A stretch of 64,000 nucleotides of DNA from Candidatus Hodarchaeota archaeon (GCA_016839785.1 JAEOTQ010000168.1:1-64000); one strand, 5' to 3'. Shown: positions 1-9,671, counted from the first letter of the stretch. The notes: generated by a model not told the origin, from the letters alone. Numbers and translations: made by a program.

Positions 1-33
1 AAACAGTTACAATACTTAAGCTAGGTAAAAACA

Positions 34-654
34 ATGTCATTTCCTCAGAACTTATCTCACAGATGGGGTCTAGAAGCCCGATTATTTGCGAACATTGGTA
101 CACTTGATTTGATTTCACGAACATATGATCGTGGGGAAATCGATTCGAGTACTTACCATAAGCAGCATAGAACCCTTTTAACTAGTATAATCGAGACACG
201 CGCACAGTTGGAACAGTATAAATTTGATGTAGATCGATTTATTGAGGAAGAAGGTATCGCCCAGCTCTTTCCATCAGGCCTTTCCAAACTCAAGATGACA
301 GAGGGAGCAGACGATAATACCTATAGTCAAATCGATTATTCAAATATCAAGAAACTCCCAACAATCGCTGCAGAGTTTGTAGCCAATGCTATCGAGCTAC
401 TAGACCTACTACATCTAGAGTCAATCGCGACCGTTGATCGAGTGTTACCTTACTTGGATGAAATCCACGATATTCTGGTTAGGGCACCAATGTATGGAGA
501 TAATCATTGGGTAACACAAGATATAAAACAATGGATAAACTGGATGGATAAACAGAAACCAGGTCAATTATTAAAATCCGATGAGATTAAAAAATTAGAG
601 TTACAGGGTTCACGATGGCTTTCAGACTTCAGACGGGAGCTTAAAAACCTATAA
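34..654 (+). CDS. vps28: ESCRT-I subunit Vps28-like protein
   Basis: N-terminal LFANIGTLDLISRTYDRGEI..Y resembles the Vps28 core helical hairpin. C-terminal AEFVANAIELLDLLHL..VDRVLPYLDEI resembles the Vps28 four-helix CTD. Lies in an ESCRT cluster. Confidence 0.8.
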   Translation: MSFPQNLSHRWGLEARLFANIGTLDLISRTYDRGEIDSSTYHKQHRTLLTSIIETRAQLEQYKFDVDRFIEEEGIAQLFPSGLSKLKMTEGADDNTYSQIDYSNIKKLPTIAAEFVANAIELLDLLHLESIATVDRVLPYLDEIHDILVRAPMYGDNHWVTQDIKQWINWMDKQKPGQLLKSDEIKKLELQGSRWLSDFRRELKNL

Positions 655-661
655 TTTTTTT

Positions 662-2008
662 TCAAAGGAGATTTGTTTTACCAGTTCGAATTAACATTTC
701 CGTCCTTTCTTCAGCAATTTTAGCTAATTCAAATTCAAATTGCTTAAGCAATTCGAAATATTCCCGACCAGCTACCTTTTTACGACCTTCTTTTAATTCC
801 TGTAATGCCCTTTTAGCAGCCAATTCATGAATTCTTAAATCTCGTAGTCTTTCTTCCAAAAATCCGTTGATAAAATCTGGAATATTCTCTGGACTCTTGT
901 TCTTGGTATTAATAGAAGATGAGGGAGAACTCTTTTGGTTTTGAAAGTTCAATGCGGAAAGAATTTTTTCTTGATATATTTCTGAAGACCAATCACGGAA
1001 AGGTTCATTGATATAAAGATCACTAGGACGACCAAGATAGCTCAATTTCAGTGAGTCAAATATTCGTAGAAGAGTCCGGCCATCAGATTGAATTACAAAA
1101 TCTCTTTTTATTGCCGTTATTAACAGCTTCTCTCTTTTTAGAAACCCAGAATTCTTTTTTTGGACATCCATTAATGCTTTGGGAGGGAACTCATCGTAAA
1201 CTATTAGTTTTGAACTTAAAACATTGGTCCTTTTCTTTTGGAGTAAGACAATCCTGTCCGTAGTTATGATTAAATCGATAATAGACTTTCTAAAGCTATC
1301 GTTATGGAGATCTAAACTTGAAAAATAACCAATACCCAATTCACCAGGCATTAATACAAAACTATCAATACCTCGGGCTAAATTTTTTCGCATCTCATCA
1401 AAGAAATCACACTGTTTTTCCACCTGTTCTATAAGAGTGGAAATTATCTCAAGTTTCGACAATACAGTCTGATCAAAGCTTGCAATGTGTTTTTGAAATA
1501 GAGAGATTTGCAAGGATGAGTTTCGAAATGAATTTTCCGAAATAGGGTGACGTACTACATTGTGGTAGATTCTTTGAAGTTTTGACGCATATTCCTGAAA
1601 TTCGTGCAACGTAAAATTTTCAATCTTTTTTGTCTCAAGAAAGATTTTATCGATCAAATTGCCAGGAATGAGAAATTGTTTGCGGAAGGAACGTAATCTT
1701 GACTCCAATTGGCCAGTTCGCTTTAAGAGAATAACAGGACGATATCCTACATGTTTAAGAGATCGCTTAAGATTGAAAATCTCTTCTAAAAGATCGGCTT
1801 TTCCATTTTTTATATGGTCAAATGCTTCAATATTGGGTGAACCACAAGAACATTTGAGTCTGGAACCAGTCATAAGTGATCGAGTTGCACATTGCTGACA
1901 AAAGGTTGCACCACATTCTAAACACTTGTGTACTTCTGAAGAGACGAGTGCTGAACCACAAAAGGAACAGTAACCCGTCGACTCAGAAGAAGACGAACTT
2001 AGACCCAA
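662..2008 (-). CDS. Zn-finger / coiled-coil / PH-like domain protein in ESCRT locus
   Basis: Eight N-terminal Cys (CSFC, CLEC, CQQC, CSC), helical middle region, PH/GRAM-like segment (DLIITTDRIVLL) and a C-terminal helical hairpin. TTG start is uncertain. Confidence 0.55.
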   Translation of the reverse strand: MGLSSSSSESTGYCSFCGSALVSSEVHKCLECGATFCQQCATRSLMTGSRLKCSCGSPNIEAFDHIKNGKADLLEEIFNLKRSLKHVGYRPVILLKRTGQLESRLRSFRKQFLIPGNLIDKIFLETKKIENFTLHEFQEYASKLQRIYHNVVRHPISENSFRNSSLQISLFQKHIASFDQTVLSKLEIISTLIEQVEKQCDFFDEMRKNLARGIDSFVLMPGELGIGYFSSLDLHNDSFRKSIIDLIITTDRIVLLQKKRTNVLSSKLIVYDEFPPKALMDVQKKNSGFLKREKLLITAIKRDFVIQSDGRTLLRIFDSLKLSYLGRPSDLYINEPFRDWSSEIYQEKILSALNFQNQKSSPSSSINTKNKSPENIPDFINGFLEERLRDLRIHELAAKRALQELKEGRKKVAGREYFELLKQFEFELAKIAEERTEMLIRTGKTNLL

Positions 2009-2350
2009 AAACGTTCCCTACCTACAACAACATGGTACCAGATATTTAAGTGAAGATAACACTACAGTAAGATGACAAGAAAGCAACGATAACAAGAGGT
2101 CGAAATCTGCTTCTGATTTGAATTTATGACAGACAAAAAGAATATTATCCCTGGTTCTTCAAGTAAAAGAATTTCCCAAATCTTCTATACCACCTATCAT
2201 CAATACATGGTTCATATAGAAGAGATTTAACAAGAACAGAACAACAGGATTCTCTACTCGGAATTTTAGTATCGTATTGTAAAAAATTATAAATAAAGAA
2301 CAACAAATTCTAATTGAACTCTCATAATTTTTGTCACGAGGAACAAGAAG

Positions 2351-3070
2351 ATGGGTCTAAGACGTATAGAAGAGAAAATAACTCAGGAAGCGGCAATGAA
2401 AGTTAAGGGTAGTCAATTGGCCCTCTTGTCTCTAGATGAAATGAGTAAAAGAATAAGAAAATTGCATAAAGAGCTTCAAAAGCTCGAGTCTCAATATAAA
2501 TCTGATATTAAAAAGAATCCTGACCTTGCTCAGAAGGTCATGAAATTAAGAGAGGAGTTAGGGCTTCCTCTTGCAATTGGAATATACGATGTCGGGAGTA
2601 AATCATCAATTAAATCACGATTGCAGGGAAAAGATGAGTACATTAACTATTTAGGCCTGAGAATAATAGAGATAGGTAAACAGACACGAAATAATACAGG
2701 GGGAATCTTGAGCGTCTCAGAATTAATATTAAAACTTAATGATGAAAGTAAAGGAATCGTTGTATCCATTTCTGATGTGAATAATGCTCTGAAACTTCTA
2801 TCGTCAAACGGATTAATCCATCAAATTCGAAAACTAGCAGGAATCAAAATTATTGAATTTACTGACCCAGAACTATCACAAGATCATCAACGTTTACTAG
2901 AAATTGCTGCACAAGCTAATGGTCAGCTTTCAATGACGGAACTGGTTCAAAAAACGACTTGGACAATAGAACGAGTAGAAAGATCAGTAGAAGTCTTAAT
3001 AGATAAAAATGTGGCGGTCAAATCTAATACCTTAGATGGAGTACTAATTTCATTTCCAGGTGTAGGGTAA
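2351..3070 (+). CDS. vps22: ESCRT-II Vps22/Vps36-like (EAP30 domain) protein
   Basis: MGL..I N-terminus, YKSDIKKNPDL, LGLRIIEIG..TRNNTGGILSVSEL, tandem winged helices, WTIERVERSVEVL. Confidence 0.85.
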   Translation: MGLRRIEEKITQEAAMKVKGSQLALLSLDEMSKRIRKLHKELQKLESQYKSDIKKNPDLAQKVMKLREELGLPLAIGIYDVGSKSSIKSRLQGKDEYINYLGLRIIEIGKQTRNNTGGILSVSELILKLNDESKGIVVSISDVNNALKLLSSNGLIHQIRKLAGIKIIEFTDPELSQDHQRLLEIAAQANGQLSMTELVQKTTWTIERVERSVEVLIDKNVAVKSNTLDGVLISFPGVG

Positions 3071-3270
3071 CCCCAACATATTAAACATCACTCCCCTAAT
3101 TTTTTAATTCAGGGAATAACGGAGGTGAAACCTCCTCTTATTCTTGCTGAAAAGTCTTCTGATAGTATATAGAGGAGCACTATGGTAAGTCTTAAGAAGA
3201 ACTCCTTGTTTACCTAGCTTAAGATATTTAACTGAAAGTAGATACTCATTTCAGATAAGCTAGAAGCGAG

Positions 3271-3951
3271 TTGAAAATACAATTGAAACGACTAAAAGGG
3301 TTCTTAACGGGATCAAAACCATCTTCATCAACTGAAACAAAAGCCAAGTTAAAAAGAACCATTAATCAAATGGAAATTAAAGTAAAAAATTATTCAAGGC
3401 AATCTGATGAACAATATGAGTTAGCGCGTCAACTGTTAAAATCTGGAAACAAACCTGGAGCTCATCAAGCTCTAAAACGACGTGAACTATATTTAACGCA
3501 AATGACGAATACTCATAGCAAGATAGCTAATTTACAACGTACTATTGATACACTGGATGTTTCAGCTGATAATGTTACGCTAACAGAGACTCTTGAACAA
3601 GCACAATCTGCAATTGAAACCAATGTTGCGGCAGCTTCCCCTGAAAGGACAGAAGAAGTAATGATGTCATTAGAGGATTCCATAGAAATGGTTTCAGACA
3701 TGGAAGACAGCTTGACTGACACTTCTATAACAGAAATCGGAATGGATGTTGAAGCTGATGATCGCATATCTATGCAAATGGCAGAGTTAGAAGCGGAATT
3801 ATCATCAGGTTCTCTTCCAGCAAGTGAACCAAGTATTTCTGCAACTCCTAGTTCTCCAATATCAGAAAGTAGTTCTGGAGAAAAACGGAAAGCGGATAAA
3901 AAGAAATTGGATGAGATGCGGAAACAGATTGAAGAAGGTTTGAGGTCATAA
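3271..3951 (+). CDS. ESCRT-III Snf7-family protein (Vps20/32/60 class)
   Basis: Basic N-terminal helical hairpin (GNKPGAHQALKRRELY), acidic C-terminal half with ELEAEL, Ser/Pro-rich linker. Lies in the ESCRT operon. Confidence 0.85.
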   Translation: MKIQLKRLKGFLTGSKPSSSTETKAKLKRTINQMEIKVKNYSRQSDEQYELARQLLKSGNKPGAHQALKRRELYLTQMTNTHSKIANLQRTIDTLDVSADNVTLTETLEQAQSAIETNVAAASPERTEEVMMSLEDSIEMVSDMEDSLTDTSITEIGMDVEADDRISMQMAELEAELSSGSLPASEPSISATPSSPISESSSGEKRKADKKKLDEMRKQIEEGLRS

Positions 3952-3953
3952 AC

Positions 3954-4568
3954 ATGGTTTTTGATAAATTTGGCCAATGGCTTAAAGGTGGAGGAAGTGG
4001 AGCTAGTTCAACACGGAAGTGGATTGTCCGACTTCGAATGGTTGAAAAGCGAATGATGCGTCAACGGAAAAAATTGCTAAAAGAAGAGAAGAGTATGCTG
4101 AAAGAAGTTGAAAAAGCCATAGAAGATGGTGATATGTCAACAGCACGACTTTTAGCAAAGGATGTTGCCAAAAACCGAAATATGGCTAGAGCTTGCCAAC
4201 AGATGGCAAGTCGTGTTAAAGGGATAAAGTTCAAGTTAGAACAAGCAGCTGCAACACAAGCAATTGGTAAGGATTTGAAAGGACTTGTACGTACACTCCA
4301 TTCGATGAATGCCGAATTAAAAATTCCTCAACTTGAAGGTGTTCTTCAACAGATGGAAATCGAAACAGAAAGAGTTGATATTGCGACAGAAGCAATGGAT
4401 GAAGGATTTGAGATGATGACATCTGATGTAGAGGAAGATGAGATGGTTGATAAAATCCTTGGAGAGATAAGTGCATCTAAAGCAGCTACAGCTGATTTTG
4501 GTCTTCCCTCACCCGATATTCGATCCCAAGAATTACAAAAAGAACTGGAAAAAATAAAGAAAAGCTGA
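3954..4568 (+). CDS. ESCRT-III protein (Vps2/24/46 class)
   Basis: KAIEDGDMSTARLLAKDVAKNR motif, VDKILGEI, and C-terminal MIM1-like ELQKELEKIKK. Directly upstream of vps4. Confidence 0.85.
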   Translation: MVFDKFGQWLKGGGSGASSTRKWIVRLRMVEKRMMRQRKKLLKEEKSMLKEVEKAIEDGDMSTARLLAKDVAKNRNMARACQQMASRVKGIKFKLEQAAATQAIGKDLKGLVRTLHSMNAELKIPQLEGVLQQMEIETERVDIATEAMDEGFEMMTSDVEEDEMVDKILGEISASKAATADFGLPSPDIRSQELQKELEKIKKS

Positions 4569-4620
4569 TTATATCTCACTTTTCTTCTGAAGTAGGTAAA
4601 TATGTTTACGTGGTGATACC

Positions 4621-5763
4621 ATGGGTTCTCCTCTATTCGAAGCAGCTAAAAAGAATGCTAGCTTGGCTTATAAATTAGATCAAAGTGGACAAACTCAGCA
4701 AGCCGTCAAATATTATGTCTCTGCCGCAGAGCAGTTACAAAAACTGATCAATTTTACTGACGATCCAAATATGAAAAACCTCTATTATCATAAGGCAATG
4801 GAATACATTCTACGGGTAAAGGAAATTCGGGGAATTATTGAACCCTCTGAGACTCCGACTCCCTCATCCACTCCATCCCCAAAAAGTGACGAGATAGAAG
4901 CGGCTATCTCAAGTGTAATCGTACGAGAGAAACCAAACGTGAAATGGGAAGATGTTGCAGGTATGGAAGAAGCTAAACGTGCATTAAGAGAAGCAGTCAT
5001 CTTACCTATGTCTCGACCTGATTTATTTAAAGGTGCACGTAAGCCGTGGAAAGGTATACTTATGTATGGACCACCTGGTTGTGGAAAAACTTATTTGTGC
5101 AAGGCTGTTGCTTCTGAAGTAGATTCAACATTTTTTTCAGTAAGTGCAGCGAATCTGATTAGTAAGTGGCTTGGGGAATCAGAGAAGCTCGTAAATGAGC
5201 TCTATGAACGTGCCGTCGAAGAAGCTCCCTCTATCATCTTTTTCGATGAAATTGATGCATTAGCTGGAACACGTGGCGGAAGTTCCGAAGGAGAAGCCAT
5301 GAGACGCGTGAAGACACAGCTTTTACAGGCTGTGGAAGGTTTTGCTACAGGCGATGAGCTACTAGTAACGGTTGGGGCTACAAATACACCCTGGGATATA
5401 GATGCTGCAATGCGTAGACGTTTCGAACGACGGGTATATGTCACACTTCCAGAAAAAAAAGCAAGAGAAGTTATGTTTTCTATTCATACAAAAGGGATAC
5501 CTATGGGTACGGATGTTGATTTTAAAGCGTTAGCTGAAATTACAGGAGGATATACGGCTGCAGACATCGCTTTATTATGTCGTGAATCCTTAATGCAACC
5601 CATACGGGAGTTAGACGCGGAAGGAGCTTTAACCGATATGACTGTGCAAGTACGTGCTCCCACCGCAGATGATTTTCATAATGCAATGATGCATATTCGT
5701 CCCTCAGTTGCTCCGAAGGAGCTCGCACGATACGACGAATGGCGAGACAAATTTGGAGGGTAG
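4621..5763 (+). CDS. vps4: Vps4 AAA+ ATPase with N-terminal MIT domain
   Basis: MIT helices, EKPNVKWEDVAG, Walker A GPPGCGKT, pore loop SKWLGESEK, Walker B IIFFDEID, AMRRRFERR, C-terminal FG. Confidence 0.95.
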   Translation: MGSPLFEAAKKNASLAYKLDQSGQTQQAVKYYVSAAEQLQKLINFTDDPNMKNLYYHKAMEYILRVKEIRGIIEPSETPTPSSTPSPKSDEIEAAISSVIVREKPNVKWEDVAGMEEAKRALREAVILPMSRPDLFKGARKPWKGILMYGPPGCGKTYLCKAVASEVDSTFFSVSAANLISKWLGESEKLVNELYERAVEEAPSIIFFDEIDALAGTRGGSSEGEAMRRVKTQLLQAVEGFATGDELLVTVGATNTPWDIDAAMRRRFERRVYVTLPEKKAREVMFSIHTKGIPMGTDVDFKALAEITGGYTAADIALLCRESLMQPIRELDAEGALTDMTVQVRAPTADDFHNAMMHIRPSVAPKELARYDEWRDKFGG

Positions 5764-5805
5764 AAAACACTCGTCTATCTTTACCAATTTTTGAGTTGTC
5801 AATGG

Positions 5806-6579
5806 ATGGCAGAATTACAACGAAAGAAGGAAAAGGTCGACAAGAAAAAAACATCGGTTGACGTACTTGAAGATGTACTTCAAGAAGTAACAACAGATAA
5901 ACCAAAACCAACGAAAGTAGAATTGCCGAAAATCGAAAAAAGACCTTCAATTAGTTCTCTACCTAATTCCCAAATCCACACACCAATATCTAAGGCTGAA
6001 CAGTCGATATCCAAGACATTTGAAAAGATTTCATTAGCTGAATTGAAACCTGGAATGGTTCATCCAAAGGTGAAACCGATATTACCAGGCTGGGTATCGA
6101 AACCTTGGCGATGGATGATTCCAGAAGATCCTGATTTGAAACAACAATGGTTACTTACTTGGGGGGATTTCTTACTCGCATTTGCTCGAGTGTTAAATCA
6201 ACATATCCTCGATCTTCAGGAAGTTAGCTTGGTATACCCATTTCAAAATGGAGTCCTTCAAAAAAAGCTTTCTCTCTCTCAACTAAAAGCTATTTCTGAA
6301 TATTTAATTGAGCAGGAAAAAGCTTCAAGGTGGGATACAGATGAAACACGACTTAGGATTTACTGGAAAACTCTTAGTTCTTTTGCTGAGGAAATTTTCG
6401 ATTATTCATTCCAAAACGGATTTGAAATGATCACACTTTATGATATGGTCAAAATGAACCAATCTTGGTCATCTCTTCCACCCAAGGATCTCGCTATAAT
6501 TATGAAACTAATGGTAAAGTCAAAGAAAGCTACATGGGCGGACTCAGAACAGAAAACAATAGAATTTGTATTTTTTTGA
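5806..6579 (+). CDS. vps25: ESCRT-II Vps25-like protein with N-terminal extension
   Basis: QQWLLTWGDFLL, PFQNG..QKKLS, IYWKTL..FAEEIFDY and TLYDM match the Vps25 winged-helix pattern. Likely ATG at 5806 (ORF track starts at TTG 5791). Confidence 0.8.
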   Translation: MAELQRKKEKVDKKKTSVDVLEDVLQEVTTDKPKPTKVELPKIEKRPSISSLPNSQIHTPISKAEQSISKTFEKISLAELKPGMVHPKVKPILPGWVSKPWRWMIPEDPDLKQQWLLTWGDFLLAFARVLNQHILDLQEVSLVYPFQNGVLQKKLSLSQLKAISEYLIEQEKASRWDTDETRLRIYWKTLSSFAEEIFDYSFQNGFEMITLYDMVKMNQSWSSLPPKDLAIIMKLMVKSKKATWADSEQKTIEFVFF

Positions 6580-6690
6580 TGCATCAATTCAAGTGTAAAA
6601 GACAACTACAAAACTTCTTAACATCGTTTTTTACTGGATAAACTGTCACTTAATTGCAGAAAGGATTGATAAAACAAGGAGTTTCTTCAA

Positions 6691-7344
6691 ATGACAACCC
6701 CTATACAAGAAGAAGAATTACTCACGCCTCTAGAAGATTATTTAAAAGCTGGAGTTCATATAGGAACGTCTAGTGGAATGAAAAGCATGGATTGGGCAAT
6801 CTATCGTACTCGAAGCGATGGGCTTTACGTCCTAGATGTCCATAAAACTGATGATCGTATACGTACAGCCGCAAAATTCCTTGCACGTCAAGATACGTCC
6901 CGAGTAGCTGCATGTAGTGTAAGAGCCTATGGAGTATATCCAGTAGAAATGTTCTGCAAAGTGACAGGAGCAGTTCCAATTACTGGAAGATTTATTCCTG
7001 GAATTTTTACGAATCCAAATATTAAGGGACGATACAATTATATTGAACCGACCAGTATATTAATTACCGATCCCCACTTTGATCATCAGGCTCTAAAAGA
7101 AGCCTATCGGGTGGGAATCCCTGTTATATCTCTAGTTGATACAGATAATACTATAAAGAATATTGATCTAGCAATTCCATGTAACAATAAAGGACGGAAT
7201 TCTTTAGCTATGATATTTTGGTTGCTAACCAAAGAAATTCTTCGTGAACGTGGTGAACTAACACCAGAAAAAGATGCTCAGTTACGAGTAGAATTATTTA
7301 GAGCCCCACGTGGCCGACGTCCCATGAGCGACGATGGATTCTAA
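6691..7344 (+). CDS. rps2: 30S ribosomal protein uS2
   Basis: YLKAGVHIG, GRFIPGIFTNP, DLAIPCNNKGRNS. Confidence 0.97.
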   Translation: MTTPIQEEELLTPLEDYLKAGVHIGTSSGMKSMDWAIYRTRSDGLYVLDVHKTDDRIRTAAKFLARQDTSRVAACSVRAYGVYPVEMFCKVTGAVPITGRFIPGIFTNPNIKGRYNYIEPTSILITDPHFDHQALKEAYRVGIPVISLVDTDNTIKNIDLAIPCNNKGRNSLAMIFWLLTKEILRERGELTPEKDAQLRVELFRAPRGRRPMSDDGF

Positions 7345-7360
7345 CAGGTGAACCAATACT

Positions 7361-7564
7361 ATGATGATTCCAATTCGATGTTATACCTGCGGTAAAGTTA
7401 TTGCTCATCATTATGAGGAATTTTTAGATGGCCTAAAGGCTGGTAAGGAAGCATCAGAGTTACTAGATTCATTCGAATTGAAACGATACTGCTGTAGAAG
7501 AATGTTAATAACACATGTCGAGCTCATTGATGATATTCTTACTTTTTCAAGCCCAATTCGTTAA
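7361..7564 (+). CDS. rpoN: RNA polymerase subunit Rpo10 (RpoN)
   Basis: MMIPIRCYTCG and RYCCRRM motifs. Confidence 0.97.
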   Translation: MMIPIRCYTCGKVIAHHYEEFLDGLKAGKEASELLDSFELKRYCCRRMLITHVELIDDILTFSSPIR

Positions 7565-7568
7565 TTTC

Positions 7569-7677
7569 AGCCCCGTAGTGTAGTGGCCCATCATAGAGAG
7601 TTCTATATTACGAGTTAGCTTGTTGTAGAACCGTGAAGAAAGTCTCTCTGACCTCAGTTCGAATCTGAGCGGGGCTA
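7569..7677 (+). tRNA. Intron-containing tRNA with tRNA-Gln-type body; intron 7607-7642 at position 37/38; spliced anticodon reads CUA
   Basis: Acceptor AGCCCCG/CGGGGCT+A73, D-loop GG, anticodon stem GAGAG/CTCTC, T arm CTCAG-TTCGAAT-CTGAG. Strict BHB: TTCT/AGAA helix, 3-nt bulges ATA and AGT, outer helix TTACG/CGTGA. Confidence 0.85.
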
Positions 7678-7695
7678 TCTCAGAAGGAATTCCTC

Positions 7696-8607
7696 ATGGT
7701 ACGACAAATCGGTGTTCTAAGCCGAAGTAAAGACTATTTTCCGACAACCAAACTGCTTGAGGACATTAATCAAAGATATACAGTTTCTGGTGTTTTCTTA
7801 TCGACACAATATGTTTTTCCATTGGTCAGTTCTTCAGGAGTTGATGCTCGGTTTGCGAACCAATCATTACTTCCTCTATTGGGAGTTGTTCCACGTATTG
7901 GCAGATCTCAGACAAATCTCGGTTTAATATGTTTGAATCATTTTCAATTAATGGGCATTCCAAGTACTCTTTCAGCAGAAGCGCTGTTTCTTTCAAGGGA
8001 TAAATTTCGTTGTTATCAAACATTATCAAAAATAAAAGGAATTCAATTGCCCAGAACGATCCTAATAAACAACTCATTTCAAGTGGATCAATTGTTAAAC
8101 GCCTTTAAATTTCCAGTTGTATTGAAATTGCTTGATGCAACACGAGGGAGCGGAACTATGTTGGCTCCTAATCCAAAAACCGCAGAAGAGATCGTCGAAT
8201 CATTATTTATGCGATCTTCAGAACCAATTATGATCCAAGAATATTTGCAGCCCAGTTCACAATATAATGCATCGCCCTCTGCTGATATACGAGTAATTTA
8301 CATAGGAAATGAGATAATCGGAAGCATGAAACGAGTTGCTCCAAAGGGAGAGTGGAGGACAAATTTTGCCCTCGGAGCACAATGTGAAACATATCAATTA
8401 TCATCTGAAGATGAGGAGCTCATACATCAAATTGCAGAGAGAATTGGCATTGAAGTAGCTGGAATTGACTTATTTCCAACTCAAAATGGCTCCTATGTCC
8501 TTGAAGTTAATGCCTGCCCTGGATGGAAAGCATTTGAAATGGCTAATCCCGAGATAAATGTGGCTAAAAAAATAATCGATTATTTATTGACCAAAATACG
8601 TCGGTAG
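7696..8607 (+). CDS. RimK/LysX family ATP-grasp ligase
   Basis: RDKF, FPVVLK, IQEYL, DIRV, WRTNFALGA, GIDL, EVNACPG. Confidence 0.9.
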   Translation: MVRQIGVLSRSKDYFPTTKLLEDINQRYTVSGVFLSTQYVFPLVSSSGVDARFANQSLLPLLGVVPRIGRSQTNLGLICLNHFQLMGIPSTLSAEALFLSRDKFRCYQTLSKIKGIQLPRTILINNSFQVDQLLNAFKFPVVLKLLDATRGSGTMLAPNPKTAEEIVESLFMRSSEPIMIQEYLQPSSQYNASPSADIRVIYIGNEIIGSMKRVAPKGEWRTNFALGAQCETYQLSSEDEELIHQIAERIGIEVAGIDLFPTQNGSYVLEVNACPGWKAFEMANPEINVAKKIIDYLLTKIRR

Positions 8608-8705
8608 AGAGAAAACCTAATATATCCCTTGAAGAAATTTCCTCAACCTCTGGAGTTTTCACTATCAAATTTTGGTTATAATAACTAATTCCACTGATAG
8701 GATTT

Positions 8706-9671
8706 ATGATGAATAGAACAAACGATTTCACTCAGCTAAATGTAGCAAAAGAGCTACGAGCTCGACTTCAAGAGGAGTTTCCTAGCATGATGGCACTAGC
8801 TGCGACATCTCCTGCGGAAATTATGAAGCGATGTGAAGTTAGCAAGTCTTCAGCGGAACGAGCAGTCAATCAGGCAAGAAAAATCATTGGAATGAACCAA
8901 CCGACAACAGCTGCATCATTATTGAAAAAAGAATTAGACAAACCAAGAATTACGACCTCTTCACAGTCATTAGATGATATATTAGGAGGAGGAATATCGG
9001 TTGGATCTATAACGGAGTTTAGTGGAGCCTTCGCAACAGGAAAAACTCAAATATCTTTTCAATTATGTTTAAATGTTCAACTTTCAATAGAAGAAGGCGG
9101 ATTAGAAGGGAAAGCATTATTTCTTGATACAGAGAATACTTTCGCACCTGCTCGTGTAGCAGAAATGGCCTATTCCTATACAGATGATCCAAGGAAGTAT
9201 TTACAGAATATATATGTAAGTCGAGCCTACAATTCAGATCATCAGATACAGCTCATAGATAAGGCGGACAATATAATTGAGCAAAATAATATACGTTTAA
9301 TTATTATAGATTCCATGGCCTCACATTTTCGTGCTGAATTTCCTGGCAAGGAAAATCTTCCACGACGTCAACAAACATTAATGGCTCACGCAGAAGCTCT
9401 CCAGCGCTTAGCGGAATCGTACAAATTAGCGGTAATAACTACTAATCAAATTCTTAGTAATCCCGATAACCTGTTTTCAGGAGCGAATAATTTAGAACCC
9501 GCATTAGGTTTTGCATGGGGTCATAGGCCAACACATAGAATATTATTACGAAAGTCTAGAGGGACTGCACGTATCGCTCGTATATTTGACTCTCCTGAAT
9601 TAGCAGAAAGAGAAGCAGTCTATCATATTACTCCTCAAGGCATCCGTGATGGTCCTCCACTTGATTATTAA
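8706..9671 (+). CDS. RadA/Rad51-family recombinase or paralog
   Basis: N-terminal HhH-like domain, LDDILGGG, Walker A GAFATGKTQ, DTENTF, Walker B LIIIDS, HFRAEF, RIARIFDSP. Confidence 0.88.
   Translation: MMNRTNDFTQLNVAKELRARLQEEFPSMMALAATSPAEIMKRCEVSKSSAERAVNQARKIIGMNQPTTAASLLKKELDKPRITTSSQSLDDILGGGISVGSITEFSGAFATGKTQISFQLCLNVQLSIEEGGLEGKALFLDTENTFAPARVAEMAYSYTDDPRKYLQNIYVSRAYNSDHQIQLIDKADNIIEQNNIRLIIIDSMASHFRAEFPGKENLPRRQQTLMAHAEALQRLAESYKLAVITTNQILSNPDNLFSGANNLEPALGFAWGHRPTHRILLRKSRGTARIARIFDSPELAEREAVYHITPQGIRDGPPLDY

Noticed and set aside
1985-2008. MGxxxS N-myristoylation-like start of the Zn-finger protein
   Set aside because: The start codon (TTG) is uncertain, a Ser run matches the pattern trivially, and no N-myristoyltransferase is established in archaea.
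7569-7677. tRNA-Pyl or genome-wide TAG recoding
   Set aside because: Canonical D and T loops and A73 are unlike tRNA-Pyl, no pyl genes are in the window, and conserved genes end at TAG in their expected positions.
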